From IMG/VR virus record IMGVR_UViG_3300035703_000088, positions 1,460 to 65,459 of that record: a DNA stretch of 64,000 nucleotides. One strand, written 5' to 3'. Under the pieces are notes generated by a model. That model had not been told where the DNA came from and ran no database searches. It saw only the letters and a program-made list of their open reading frames with translations. Position numbers and translations under genes: made by a program. This document shows, piece after piece, positions 1-11,541 of the stretch (position 1 is its first letter; each line of letters begins with the position of its first letter). This stretch comes from a virus (Duplodnaviria; Caudoviricetes).

Positions 1-1
1 A

Positions 2-1546
2 GCCAAGTCCCGTGTCGTCACGGGCATCGCTGAGTTCTCGGGGCGCATCGCTCCCGAGAGTGCGATTCACCACCGGCTCTCCATTGAGCCGATGCCCCAC
101 CAGTTGGTCATCGGTGAGGCGGTGCGTGCGGGACACACCCGCCTGCTCATCGCTGATGACATGGGCGTTGGCAAGACCTACAGCGCCCTGCTGGCGCTGG
201 ACGAGACCGAGGCGTACCCCGCCCTCATCGTGTGCCCACCGGCTCTCGTCATCAACTGGGAGCGCTCGTGCAAGTCGGCGCTCCCCAATCGCACGGTCGC
301 TCGCATCGGTGGCAAGACCCCGACGCAGGTGCCCGATGCCGACATCGTGATCGTCCCCGACTCGGTCGTGGGCGACTGGGCGCTCGCCCCCAAGGAGGTG
401 CTGGCGAAGTGGGAGAAGACCAACCGCCTGCTCCCCCGTGGGGAACAGCGACCGATGCCCACGAACATCCTCGCCCAGCACCCGTGGCGTGGTCTCGTGC
501 AGGACGAGGCGCACCGGAGCAAGACCCCCGATGCTCTCCGCACCAAGGGTGTCACCGCCATCGCCAAGGCCATGGACTCCGATGCGGTCATCCTGTGCCT
601 CACCGGCACACCGCTGACCAATCGCCCCGTGGAGTTGGTGCCCATCCTCAACATCCTCGGTCACCTGCCCCGCTTCGGTGGCAGTGCGAAGTTCAAGCAC
701 CGCTACTGCGACCCTCGCCCCGGGTTCCGTGGTCGCATGGACTTCACGGGTGCCAGCAACCTGCGGGAGTTGAACGACCTGCTCCGTCGCTGGGTGATGA
801 TTCGGCGCAAGCGCTCCGAGGTCATCACACTGCCCGACTTCAGCCGGTGGCTCACGCCTGTCACCATCACGGGCAAGCACCTCACCGACTACAAGCGTGC
901 GGTGCGTGACCTTGAGGAGTTCCTGCAAGACAAGCGTGGCGATGACGAGTACAACCTCAACGCCAACGCTGAGGCGCTCGTCCTGCTCGGTCAACTACGG
1001 CAGATCGCTGGGCTGTCCAAGGTAGAGACCGCCGTGTCCAACGCCAGCGAACTGCTGGACAACGGCGAGCAGGTGTTCCTCGTGACCGCCCACAAGGAGG
1101 TCGCTTGGCGCATCCGTGAGACGCTCATCAGCGACGGTGTCAAGCCCTCCGAGATCGTCTCGGTCACGGGTGACGACACCCAGCGTCAGAAGCAGGAAGC
1201 GGTGGACGCTTTCCAGTCCGGTCGGGCACGAGTCCTCATCGGCAACATCGTCGCCGTGTCCGAGGGTCTCACGCTCACCTCGTGCGCCAACATGATCACG
1301 GTGGAACTGCCGTGGACACCCAGCGCACTGAAGCAGGCCGAGGCTCGCATTGACCGCTTCACGCAGACCCGCAAGACGAGCAACAACATCCTCCTCGGTG
1401 CCATGGACGGCGACCTGTCCGTGGACGAGCGCCTGTGGGGGATGCTGGAGCGCAAGGAAGCCATCATCGGCACCGCCGTGGACGGTGGCTCCGAGGCGCT
1501 CGTCGGTGGGTCGGTCGTCAACGAGTTGCTGGACTCGTACCGCTGA
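2..1546 (+). CDS. SNF2/SWI2-family helicase (HARP/SMARCAL1-like), 5' end outside the window
   Basis: Motifs LIADDMGVGKT (I), DEAH (II), LTGTPLTNRP (III), QAEARIDR (VI). The frame is open from base 2, upstream of the ATG at 92. Confidence 0.9.
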   Translation, partial: AKSRVVTGIAEFSGRIAPESAIHHRLSIEPMPHQLVIGEAVRAGHTRLLIADDMGVGKTYSALLALDETEAYPALIVCPPALVINWERSCKSALPNRTVARIGGKTPTQVPDADIVIVPDSVVGDWALAPKEVLAKWEKTNRLLPRGEQRPMPTNILAQHPWRGLVQDEAHRSKTPDALRTKGVTAIAKAMDSDAVILCLTGTPLTNRPVELVPILNILGHLPRFGGSAKFKHRYCDPRPGFRGRMDFTGASNLRELNDLLRRWVMIRRKRSEVITLPDFSRWLTPVTITGKHLTDYKRAVRDLEEFLQDKRGDDEYNLNANAEALVLLGQLRQIAGLSKVETAVSNASELLDNGEQVFLVTAHKEVAWRIRETLISDGVKPSEIVSVTGDDTQRQKQEAVDAFQSGRARVLIGNIVAVSEGLTLTSCANMITVELPWTPSALKQAEARIDRFTQTRKTSNNILLGAMDGDLSVDERLWGMLERKEAIIGTAVDGGSEALVGGSVVNELLDSYR

Positions 1547-1554
1547 CCACCATC

Positions 1555-1581
1555 GGGGGTGTCCCGTAACGGGACACCCCC
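1555..1581. promoter_or_regulatory. Conserved palindrome copy 1 (GGGGG-TGTCCCGT A ACGGGACA-CCCCC)
   Basis: Perfect 13+1+13 inverted repeat, intergenic, 8 nt after the helicase stop; same 17-bp core as five other sites. Confidence 0.85.
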
Positions 1582-1627
1582 CTCTGACCAACCACCACCA
1601 ACCATCAAACCAATCAGGAGAACCACC

Positions 1628-2524
1628 ATGTACAGCGACAACGCCACCGACAAGCAGATCAACTTCGCCCTCTCTCTGTGGAAGACCCTCAACGAGGTCG
1701 TCATTGACACCGAGGACCCCGCCGTCAACTGGCAGGGCAACGCCGAGCAGACAGCCAAGGCTGACGCTCTGCTGTCCCGCACGCTGTCCGAGTTGGACAA
1801 GCCGGTCGTCAAGCGTCTCGGTGAGACCGAGTTCATCCTCAACACCGTGCAGGTGATTGAGGCGCTGGAGACTCACCTCACCGAGTTCACCAAGCCCGAG
1901 ATCAGTTCGGTCATTGACCGCCTCAAGAACCTCGTGGACTCAGCCCGTGCTGAAGTGGCACGCATCGGTATCACGATCAAGCCCGAGTGGGCTGACAAGT
2001 ACCCCGCCGTCCCCGCCGATGCGGAGCGGGTCATCAACTCCCGCTTCGCCAGCAAGTGCTCGGTGTGTGGCAAGCGTGACCAGTACATCGCCTACAACCG
2101 GCGTGGCTCGTGGTACCCGCTGTGCGAGATGTGCGCCCACCGCAACGGCGACGACAACGGCGACGACAAGTTGGACGAACTCATCCAGCAGGTGGCAGTG
2201 GCGCTGTCCAAGGGCAACAACGAGATGCTCAGCGTCGGTCTCGCCGTTGCCAACGCCGACGAACTGGACGGGTTCTCGTACTACCGAGTGTCCCGCTCCG
2301 GTGTCGCCAAGGTGAAGGGCGGTCAGCACTTCAACGCCACCGAGAACGTCTCGCCCAGCAAGGCTGTCGCACTGCTGGAGACCATCGTCACGGGTGACGT
2401 TGTCGCCATGGCGCAGGCGTTCGGACAGCACTTCACGATCTGTGGAGTGTGCAGTCGTGCCCTCAAGGATGCGGAGTCCAAGGCCCGAGGCATCGGTCCC
2501 GACTGCGCCAGCAATCTCTCCTGA
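1628..2524 (+). CDS. DUF6011-like Zn-finger domain protein
   Basis: C-terminal FGQHFTICGVCSRALKDAESKARGIGPDCA motif; internal CxxC...CxxC; start chosen from RBS AGGAG at 1616. Confidence 0.7.
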   Translation: MYSDNATDKQINFALSLWKTLNEVVIDTEDPAVNWQGNAEQTAKADALLSRTLSELDKPVVKRLGETEFILNTVQVIEALETHLTEFTKPEISSVIDRLKNLVDSARAEVARIGITIKPEWADKYPAVPADAERVINSRFASKCSVCGKRDQYIAYNRRGSWYPLCEMCAHRNGDDNGDDKLDELIQQVAVALSKGNNEMLSVGLAVANADELDGFSYYRVSRSGVAKVKGGQHFNATENVSPSKAVALLETIVTGDVVAMAQAFGQHFTICGVCSRALKDAESKARGIGPDCASNLS

Positions 2525-2533
2525 CACCTAGGT

Positions 2534-2587
2534 CGGGGGCGAGCATCTGTGGTGGGTGCTCGCCCCCGCTGTCCCGTTACGGGACAG
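2534..2587. promoter_or_regulatory. GC-rich hairpin (2534-2568) followed by conserved palindrome copy 2 (2569-2587)
   Basis: CGGGGGCGAGCA...TGCTCGCCCCCG, then C-TGTCCCGT T ACGGGACA-G. Confidence 0.8.
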
Positions 2588-2642
2588 TCAGGACAACCAA
2601 CCATCAAACCAATCATCAAACCAACCATCAAGGAGAACCATC

Positions 2643-3047
2643 ATGGGATACCTATCCGCACTCGGCATTGCCGACTCTAACCTCTCGCTGGAACAGCAAG
2701 TGCGCTGGCACCTGACCAGCAACTGCTACCCGCCCGTGCCGTTGATCATGGTGCCGGTCGCAGTGAATGCGATTGAGGCTGTCATCTCGGACGAGCCCAA
2801 TGCGGAGATTTCCCTCCCCGAGGGCGTGTCCTTTCGTGGGAACTCCGACTTCGCTCCTGCGTACGCCATCGTGGAAACGCTTCGGCTGGAAGCGTTCACC
2901 ATCACGGCGTTCAACCCGTGGGAACCGGACGAGGATGGAAACATCCTGTGCTTGGACTGCATGAACTCGTACGAGCCTGACGACATCGTTACCGACCCGC
3001 AGTGGAATGACCCCCGTTGCGAGGAATGTCACTACAAGAACAAGTGA
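2643..3047 (+). CDS. Hypothetical phage protein with C-terminal CxxC/CxxC
   Basis: RBS AGGAG at 2631; WHLTSNCYPPVP motif; CLDC...CEEC. Confidence 0.7.
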   Translation: MGYLSALGIADSNLSLEQQVRWHLTSNCYPPVPLIMVPVAVNAIEAVISDEPNAEISLPEGVSFRGNSDFAPAYAIVETLRLEAFTITAFNPWEPDEDGNILCLDCMNSYEPDDIVTDPQWNDPRCEECHYKNK

Positions 3048-3055
3048 GGAGAGAC

Positions 3056-3682
3056 ATGATCACCTGCATCTACTGTGGGCAACCGACTGTTCACCCTGAA
3101 CGTGTGTTTCGGTATTGCTCCGACGAGCGTTGTGTCCGTCGTGGTACAGCGTTTGACACACCCAAGCATGACAGCACTCCCGTCAGCGATGAGTCGGTTG
3201 TGCTGAGGGGGCAGGTTGACGCTCTTACCAAGGCACTGGAGGATGCCAACACCAAGGTGATGCAACTCACCGAACGGGTGGCATTGCTTCAGGCTCTCGT
3301 TGACGAGGGCTTTGACAACGCCCACAAGGTGCACGACACTGAGGTCAGCATCGCTAGGTTTGATTGCTACCGAGCGATGATTGACTCCCACAGGGAGTAT
3401 GTGTGGGCAGAAGACCTTGCCAACCATCCCGATGGGTATGTCAGTGGCACCTACAAGCAGATGCGCTCCACGCTGGAGCGTGGAATGAGCGCCGTGGGTA
3501 TCCGAACCTACGGCATCATCGGTGAGGCTGTGACTCTCAGCCCTGACGATGCCGATTTCAACCATGCTCGGTACCAATGTCACAACAATACCGGCACGGT
3601 AATCACGGTGGGATACGAAACCACCACGGGGGTGGTCATCCGACCATCCCTTGTTCACCCAACATGGAAAGGCACAGAATGA
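3056..3682 (+). CDS. Zn-finger + coiled-coil + GrpE-like C-terminal domain protein
   Basis: CIYC...CSDERC N-terminus, heptad-rich middle, C-terminus GTVITVGYETTTGVVIRPSLV resembling the GrpE beta domain. Confidence 0.5.
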   Translation: MITCIYCGQPTVHPERVFRYCSDERCVRRGTAFDTPKHDSTPVSDESVVLRGQVDALTKALEDANTKVMQLTERVALLQALVDEGFDNAHKVHDTEVSIARFDCYRAMIDSHREYVWAEDLANHPDGYVSGTYKQMRSTLERGMSAVGIRTYGIIGEAVTLSPDDADFNHARYQCHNNTGTVITVGYETTTGVVIRPSLVHPTWKGTE

Positions 3683-3858
3683 ACCTAAACCCCATAAAGC
3701 GTTACCACATTGAGTATGTGGTCCACATCTATGTGGACGCAGAAAACGAAACCGAGGCGAGGGAACTCGGCTCGTTGGCTCTTGCAGATGCCGACGACAT
3801 GGATTACCTAGCCAGCGACTGTGAGTTTGTTGCCATTGAGATTGAGGAGACAGAATGA
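3679..3858 (+). CDS. Small acidic hypothetical protein
   Basis: ATGA overlaps with both neighbours; V(D/E)AENExEA motif common in small phage early proteins. Confidence 0.65.
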   Translation: MNLNPIKRYHIEYVVHIYVDAENETEARELGSLALADADDMDYLASDCEFVAIEIEETE

Positions 3859-4358
3859 CCAAGTACATCGTGCACAAAGGAACCGGAACCATCATCGCTG
3901 TTGACGAGTGCGTCATCGTGGATGTCCCCGAAGAAGTGACCGACGAGATCACCGAACACGGCGGGGAGGATTACTTTGACGAAGAAGTAATCCTTGATCT
4001 CGCCGTGGAGACCGGCAAGCCCATCGTCGTCGGTCTGCCCTCGGACTCCACGGTGCACAACACCATGGTGTTCTCGCCCGAGGCTCTCCGCATGGAGGCT
4101 CGGGAGCGACTGGGCTGGGCCCACTACACCGACGACGAGGGTGACAACCCGTTCTACGACGAAGGTTGGGGCTTGTCCGAGGAACAGTACGAGTGGTGGA
4201 AGTGGCTCGCCAACGAAGCGTCAGACGAGGCGTTGGAATCCATCAGCCGTTCCATTGCTGTCTCCTCCCACCTGTGGGAAGAGTTTGACCTCGCCCTCAA
4301 GGACGCACTTCTTCGTGAGTTCATCAGACGACACGGAGGGCTTCGTACCACGAAGTAA
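3855..4358 (+). CDS. Hypothetical protein
   Basis: RBS GAGGAG; translational coupling; codon usage like neighbours. Confidence 0.7.
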   Translation: MTKYIVHKGTGTIIAVDECVIVDVPEEVTDEITEHGGEDYFDEEVILDLAVETGKPIVVGLPSDSTVHNTMVFSPEALRMEARERLGWAHYTDDEGDNPFYDEGWGLSEEQYEWWKWLANEASDEALESISRSIAVSSHLWEEFDLALKDALLREFIRRHGGLRTTK

Positions 4359-4363
4359 TCACT

Positions 4364-4392
4364 TGGGGGTGTCCCGTAACGGGACACCCCCA
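4364..4392. promoter_or_regulatory. Conserved palindrome copy 3
   Basis: TGGGGG-TGTCCCGT A ACGGGACA-CCCCCA, perfect 14+1+14, intergenic. Confidence 0.85.
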
Positions 4393-4417
4393 TCAACCAA
4401 CACAGGAGACCACCACC

Positions 4418-4651
4418 ATGATCAAGACATTCACCGTTTCGCTCAAGATTGCAGTGCAAGAGTTCCCCGAGGAAGTCATCAGCGAAGAAGACCAAATCTA
4501 CGCACTGCGTGACCTTCTCGTTGAAGGCTTGTACCAAGTCGGTGCCGGTCGTGAGGGAGACACCCTCAACGAGCACGGTGCCGGTGTGCACTGGTTCTAC
4601 ACCACCCTCAACATCACCCCAACCAACTACACCAACTCAACCGAGGAGTAA
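4418..4651 (+). CDS. Hypothetical protein
   Basis: RBS AGGAG at 4404; 77-aa ORF. Confidence 0.65.
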   Translation: MIKTFTVSLKIAVQEFPEEVISEEDQIYALRDLLVEGLYQVGAGREGDTLNEHGAGVHWFYTTLNITPTNYTNSTEE

Positions 4652-4654
4652 TCC

Positions 4655-4885
4655 ATGTCCGAATACAAGTGTGATCACTGTTCCCAAGAAGTGCCTGACG
4701 GCGACGGCTTGTACCTCGGAGACAACCGAGTGTGCGAGCCGTGCTACCTGACCTGCAACGAGTGCGGGAAGGTCGTCTCGCCTGACCGCTCCGAGTTGTG
4801 GGTCTCCGCTTCGGATGGTGCTGGTGCCCTCCGAGTGTGTCACATCTGTGAGCCTCCCGACAACGGAGATTGGGGGGACGAGTGA
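4655..4885 (+). CDS. Small Cys-rich (double Zn-finger-like) protein
   Basis: CDHC, CEPC, CNEC, CHIC; RBS GAGGAG. Confidence 0.65.
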   Translation: MSEYKCDHCSQEVPDGDGLYLGDNRVCEPCYLTCNECGKVVSPDRSELWVSASDGAGALRVCHICEPPDNGDWGDE

Positions 4886-5099
4886 AGACCGCCCTCGTTC
4901 TCCTAGCCCTGCTACTCGGTCTCTACACCTGCGCTGGTGCAGATGAGAAAGCCGAGTGCGACATCTCTTTCCACGCCGATGGAACGTGGTCTCCCGTAGG
5001 TTGGGACCCTTTCTTTGACGGTTACGGAAACTGTCAACTACCCACCGAGTACGGTGGCCACCCAGTCATAGTTCAGAACAACCAAACATGGAGGTACGC

Positions 5100-5103
<4 letters not shown>
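4882..5103 (+). CDS. Small secreted or membrane-anchored protein
   Basis: GTG start overlapping the upstream TGA; hydrophobic N-terminus KTALVLLALLLGLYTCAG. Confidence 0.55.
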
Positions 5104-7322
<2,219 letters not shown>

Positions 7323-7326
7323 CACG

Positions 7327-7355
7327 TTGCGTCTCCTAAATGGGGGCGCTACTAT
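7327..7355 (+). promoter_or_regulatory. Sigma70-type promoter for the AAA+ operon
   Basis: TTGCGT-17 nt-TACTAT in an intergenic gap. Confidence 0.6.
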
Positions 7356-7357
7356 CT

Positions 7358-7416
7358 CCTCCCCGCCTTCAGTACCCCTGATGGCGGGGAGGCTCGCACT
7401 GTCCCGTTACGGGACA
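7358..7416. promoter_or_regulatory. Hairpin (7358-7392) followed by conserved palindrome copy 4 (7400-7416)
   Basis: CCTCCCCGCC...GGCGGGGAGG, then TGTCCCGT T ACGGGACA, then an (AACCACC)3 leader. Confidence 0.8.
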
Positions 7417-7472
7417 CCAACCAATCAAACCACCAACCACCAACCACCAACCACACAAGAAAGAGAACCACC

Positions 7473-8747
7473 ATGGCAAAGATCAGTGACCTCCGTATCG
7501 GAGGCGAGTACGAAGTGACCGCCAAGAAGGCCAAGGCCGTCAATGCACGCTTGCTGGACGGCACGCCCGTGAGCATCCCCGTTGGAGAGCGGGTGGTCGT
7601 GAAGACCACCACCGTTGAGGCTGACGGCACGCAGTTCGCTCGGTGCATCAAGGCTGAGCGCATCTCGGGCGAGTTCGTGTACCTCCTGCCCAAGTTGTTG
7701 TCGGACGGCACCATCGTGACCCCGAGCGTCGTGGTCCCCGCCACTATCACGCAAAGCGCCCCGATTGCTCCGGTTGAAGTGAAGCCCATCGTGGATGCGA
7801 TGGATGTCCGGTTGGACCCCTACCGCCCCAACCCCGAGTTGGTGAAGCAGTATGTGTCCCGCAAGTTGTTCGGCTCCATCAAGGACACCGACCTCCTGCT
7901 CCACTACTGGCGTGACCGTAACTCTGATGGTTACTCCAGCAACGTCCTGCTGGTCGGTGACACGCAGGCTGGCAAGACTCTGCTCGTGCAGGTCCTCGCC
8001 ATCCTCGTCGCCAAGGAACTCGGGTACCCGAAGCCCTTGCCGGTGTTCACCCTCAGCGGTTCGGCTGGCGTGTCCGACCTTGACCTCTTCGGTCAGTCGG
8101 TGGCGCACATCGGACCCGATGGCGTGGAGCGCCTCGTGTTCCTCAACGGCATCGTGGAACTCGCCAGCAAGGTGGCGTGCATCCTGTACTTGGATGAGAT
8201 CAACATGATGCCCGAGCGGGTTACTTCAACCCTCCACCCCGTGGCTGACGACCGACGCTCGTTCGTCAACCGTCAGCGTGCGGTGGATGCCGAGGGCGAG
8301 TACCTCATGGCGCAGACCAAGATGCACAAGGACTGCTGGGTGATTGGCACGATGAACCCCCCGGGTTACCGTGGCACCTCGCCCCTGAACGAGGCGTTTG
8401 CGAACCGCTTCACGAAGCGTATCCCGTGGGGTTACGACCGTGATGTGGAGACCAAGTTGCTGGGTTCACCGGCCCTCGTCCTGCTGGGCGAGTCGCTTCG
8501 TGAGGCTCGCCGTCTTGGCTCGCTCACCACGCCGGTCGGCACGAAGTTGCTGATGGACCTGAAGCGTGACGTTGACACCCTCGGTGTGGACGTTGCCCTC
8601 GGTGTCTTCAGCGGGTTCTTTGACGACCGTGAGCGCACCAAGGTGGAAGCCATCCTCATGGACAAGTCCATCAAGACGTTCCTCGCTGAAGAGCGAGAGG
8701 GCACGGCTCCTCAGCCTGAACAGCAGGAGTCCCCAGTTCCTCAGTGA
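7473..8747 (+). CDS. MoxR/CobS-type AAA+ ATPase
   Basis: Walker A GDTQAGKT, Walker B LYLDEIN, GTMNP, EAFANRF; adjacent to the VWA partner. Confidence 0.88.
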   Translation: MAKISDLRIGGEYEVTAKKAKAVNARLLDGTPVSIPVGERVVVKTTTVEADGTQFARCIKAERISGEFVYLLPKLLSDGTIVTPSVVVPATITQSAPIAPVEVKPIVDAMDVRLDPYRPNPELVKQYVSRKLFGSIKDTDLLLHYWRDRNSDGYSSNVLLVGDTQAGKTLLVQVLAILVAKELGYPKPLPVFTLSGSAGVSDLDLFGQSVAHIGPDGVERLVFLNGIVELASKVACILYLDEINMMPERVTSTLHPVADDRRSFVNRQRAVDAEGEYLMAQTKMHKDCWVIGTMNPPGYRGTSPLNEAFANRFTKRIPWGYDRDVETKLLGSPALVLLGESLREARRLGSLTTPVGTKLLMDLKRDVDTLGVDVALGVFSGFFDDRERTKVEAILMDKSIKTFLAEEREGTAPQPEQQESPVPQ

Positions 8748-8816
8748 GTGGTTGTCGGAAGACACTCACTGAGTACCGCCTCCCCACCGGATTCCCCCCT
8801 ATGCCGGTGGGGAGGC
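8740..8816 (+). other. Two tandem stem-loops between the AAA+ and HTH genes
   Basis: CTCAGTGAGTG/CACTCACTGAG (8740-8773) and GCCTCCCCACCGG/CCGGTGGGGAGGC (8778-8816); no U-tract. Confidence 0.6.
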
Positions 8817-8848
8817 ACCCCCATTCAAACCACAACAAGGAGAAGAAG

Positions 8849-9343
8849 ATGAACATCTTCAAGAGGGTGGAAGTGGCGCACAAGATCGTCGCCCTCCACA
8901 ACGAAGGAAAGCCCCGAGCCGAGATCAAGCAGGCGCTGGGTGTCAGTGACAACCAAATCGTGTATGTGCTGAAGCACGCTCGTGAGGCAGGCATCCATGT
9001 GGAGCGCCGGTCGTCAGGTCGCCCCAGTGACCCGAAGATCGTCGCACGCCGTGAGGAAGTCGCACGCCGTTACAAGGCGGGTGAGTCCGGTCCCAGCATC
9101 GCTCGGGGCATGGGTATCCAAGTGGAGACCGTGTACGCAAGCCTGCGTGCCCTCGGTATTGAGCGCCGTAAGCCGGTCACCGATCTGCGTAATGAGACGA
9201 TTGTCCTGCGGTACACAGTCGGTGAATCCGGAGTCACAATCGCCAAGCAGTTGGGGGTCACCCCCAAGGTTGTGTACGACACGCTCCACCGTGCCGGTAT
9301 CACCGTTCGCCCCCGTGGCGCACGACGCAAATCAGGAAAGTGA
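8849..9343 (+). CDS. DNA-binding protein with three tandem HTH repeats
   Basis: Repeats GKPRAEIKQALGVS, GESGPSIARGMGIQ, GESGVTIAKQLGVT; RBS AAGGAG. Confidence 0.8.
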   Translation: MNIFKRVEVAHKIVALHNEGKPRAEIKQALGVSDNQIVYVLKHAREAGIHVERRSSGRPSDPKIVARREEVARRYKAGESGPSIARGMGIQVETVYASLRALGIERRKPVTDLRNETIVLRYTVGESGVTIAKQLGVTPKVVYDTLHRAGITVRPRGARRKSGK

Positions 9344-9354
9344 GGAGAAACAAC

Positions 9355-10170
9355 ATGAAATCAACCATCAAAACCATCACACCAGCAAACGCTGAGTCAC
9401 TGTTGAAGAAGAACAAGAACAACCGCACCGTTCGCCCACGGCGAGTAGACCAATACGCAAAGCAGATCGTCAGCGGTCAATGGCAGGTGACTGGAGAGGC
9501 GATCAAGATCGCCCTTGACGGGTCATTGCTTGACGGTCAGCACCGATTGCTCGCCGTGATCAAGGCTGGAATCCCCACCGAGTTCTTGGTGGTGGAGGGT
9601 CTTGACCCGAACGTCTTCAAGGTGTTGGACTCGGGCCTCATGCGTAGCGCTGGTGATGCACTCTCCAGCGTGGGCTTCACCTCCAGCAAGGAGACTGCGT
9701 CCATTGCTCGTCTCAGCATTGCTCATCAGTCGGGCATCTCGCCTCGCAACACCGAACTGATGTCGTTGATCACCCGTTCAGACATCTACGAGTTCTGCGT
9801 CAACAACCGTGACCTCATCACGGATGCTGTCCGAGAGTCGGGCCACATTTGGAAGAACGTGGCTGGGTCTCGCTCGGCGTGGGGAACCTTGTACATCGTG
9901 GCGACCATCAAGCATCAGGACAACGGCACCTACATTCAGGACTTCCTGAACTCGGTGGCGCAGGGTGCAAACCTGAGCGATGGAGACCCCCGACTGGCGC
10001 TCCGCAACTGGCTTGCCCGTCACCCCAAGGCACAGGAGCCTGTGACGAGCACCGAGCATCTCGGTACCTACATCACGGCGTACCGGAACTTTGCGACTGG
10101 GGTTCCGACGCATCGTCTCCGCACCTACCGTGCTGGTGGCGCTCTGCCCGAAATCCCCGAGCGCTGGTAA
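9355..10170 (+). CDS. ParB/Srx-fold (DGQHR) domain protein
   Basis: ITPxxAxxLL...NNR...LLDGQHRLLAV, typical of phage ParB-like proteins. Confidence 0.75.
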   Translation: MKSTIKTITPANAESLLKKNKNNRTVRPRRVDQYAKQIVSGQWQVTGEAIKIALDGSLLDGQHRLLAVIKAGIPTEFLVVEGLDPNVFKVLDSGLMRSAGDALSSVGFTSSKETASIARLSIAHQSGISPRNTELMSLITRSDIYEFCVNNRDLITDAVRESGHIWKNVAGSRSAWGTLYIVATIKHQDNGTYIQDFLNSVAQGANLSDGDPRLALRNWLARHPKAQEPVTSTEHLGTYITAYRNFATGVPTHRLRTYRAGGALPEIPERW

Positions 10171-10189
10171 GCGTCCCACACACGCTGAG

Positions 10190-10220
10190 GAGGGAGTGTC
10201 CCGTAACGGGACACTCCCTC
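10190..10220. promoter_or_regulatory. Conserved palindrome copy 5
   Basis: GAGGGAG-TGTCCCGT A ACGGGACA-CTCCCTC, perfect 15+1+15. Confidence 0.85.
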
Positions 10221-10240
10221 TGACCGCCACCGAGAGAACC

Positions 10241-10540
10241 ATGCACGAACTGATCTCCCACGATTCCCTATTCAAAGAAGCAATGCGCCTGCGCCACATC
10301 TGTGGCGTGCTGTACACGGGGCTAATGAACAGTCCCTGTACCTGCGACTCCGTCTGTGACGACCCTGATTGTGCAGAATGCGCCCCATACGCTCGGGGCG
10401 AAGCATTCTGCCAACGATGCCTGTCCATGAGTATCTATGAGTCATGGATGGGTGATTATTACCTAGATGTAATCCATCCCATGGACTCCCATGGGGCGTA
10501 CACCCCCGCCAAACCACCAGTAGAACAGGAACCCGAATGA
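10241..10540 (+). CDS. Cys-rich hypothetical protein
   Basis: ATG after GAGAGAACC; multiple Cys pairs. Confidence 0.6.
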   Translation: MHELISHDSLFKEAMRLRHICGVLYTGLMNSPCTCDSVCDDPDCAECAPYARGEAFCQRCLSMSIYESWMGDYYLDVIHPMDSHGAYTPAKPPVEQEPE

Positions 10541-10947
10541 CCATCAAAGCCTCACAGTACGGCCTCCATCCCGACGACGACCTGACCGACCCCGAGAAGC
10601 AGGCTGACCTGTACCGATACTGGGAAGCCCTCAAGATGCAGATCATCCAACACATGACAGAGCACAACGAGGTCATCCCGTTCAGCACCGTGTGGCTCAC
10701 CCTCGCCCGTGACTTCCCGACCTACCCCGTTGAGGAAATCCAAGATGCCTGCTACGCCGGTATGGACTTGGTCCTCGGGGTAGACGACGAAGACGAGGAC
10801 TGGGAAGAAGTCCCCGAACACGAACTCAGCGAGGCCGACAAAGCCGTCCGTGACGACTTCCTGAACTTCATCCAAGCGGTGATCAAGAAGAAGCGTGAAG
10901 AGGAAGAACTGTTCTACTCGCTCTTGGATGACCCCAATGGACGGTGA
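10537..10947 (+). CDS. Acidic hypothetical protein
   Basis: ATGA coupling; 136-aa ORF. Confidence 0.65.
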   Translation: MTIKASQYGLHPDDDLTDPEKQADLYRYWEALKMQIIQHMTEHNEVIPFSTVWLTLARDFPTYPVEEIQDACYAGMDLVLGVDDEDEDWEEVPEHELSEADKAVRDDFLNFIQAVIKKKREEEELFYSLLDDPNGR

Positions 10948-11179
10948 CTCCCACAACCTCCGAGTCGTACTGGAGTTGAGCGTTCCTGACGGGGTGTACT
11001 TCCCTGTCAGGAGCGTCGCCTCCTGCGACTCTGATCATTTCAACCCCGACGACACCTCAGAAATAATGCGGAATCTAACCCGATTCTTATCCCACTCCCT
11101 GACCGGAGTTGGCATAGAGTTAGTAGGCAGTATCTGCACAAAGTCCCAACAAACCCACAACACAGAAAGCAACCCATGA
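10937..11179 (+). CDS. Hypothetical protein
   Basis: Fills the gap and overlaps both neighbours. Confidence 0.5.
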   Translation: MDGDSHNLRVVLELSVPDGVYFPVRSVASCDSDHFNPDDTSEIMRNLTRFLSHSLTGVGIELVGSICTKSQQTHNTESNP

Positions 11180-11541
11180 ACACCACAACCCTCAAGAAGA
11201 CCGCCGAGAAATACATAGACCTTGTGTCCCAAGCCAAGGTCCTCTCCGAAGCCATCAAGGCGCTGGAAGAGGTCCTGAAGAACGAGGTCGCTGAAGGCAC
11301 CGAGATCGTCATCAACGGCGTGGCTCTCAAGCACATCGCCCAAGACCGGCGCTCGTTCAACGCCATCGTCCTCAAGGACTTGGTGTCCCCATCCATCTTC
11401 AAGAAACTGACCGAGGTCAGCGTGAAGGCATCCGCAGTGGACAGCGCCATTGAACTGGGCCACGTTGATGCTGACAGCCTCGCCCCAGCGACTGAAGTGA
11501 AGCATTCCTCCTACCTGAAAGTTGTGGTGAAGAAGTCATGA
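11176..11541 (+). CDS. Hypothetical protein (coiled-coil N-terminus, Gp157/Gam-like architecture)
   Basis: Helical N-terminus followed by RRSFN...; architecture similar to 32001-32435. Confidence 0.55.
   Translation: MNTTTLKKTAEKYIDLVSQAKVLSEAIKALEEVLKNEVAEGTEIVINGVALKHIAQDRRSFNAIVLKDLVSPSIFKKLTEVSVKASAVDSAIELGHVDADSLAPATEVKHSSYLKVVVKKS

Noticed and set aside
9355-10170. DGQHR protein as part of a Dnd phosphorothioation system
   Set aside because: No dndC/D/E or ssp genes; the sequence fits stand-alone phage ParB-like proteins.
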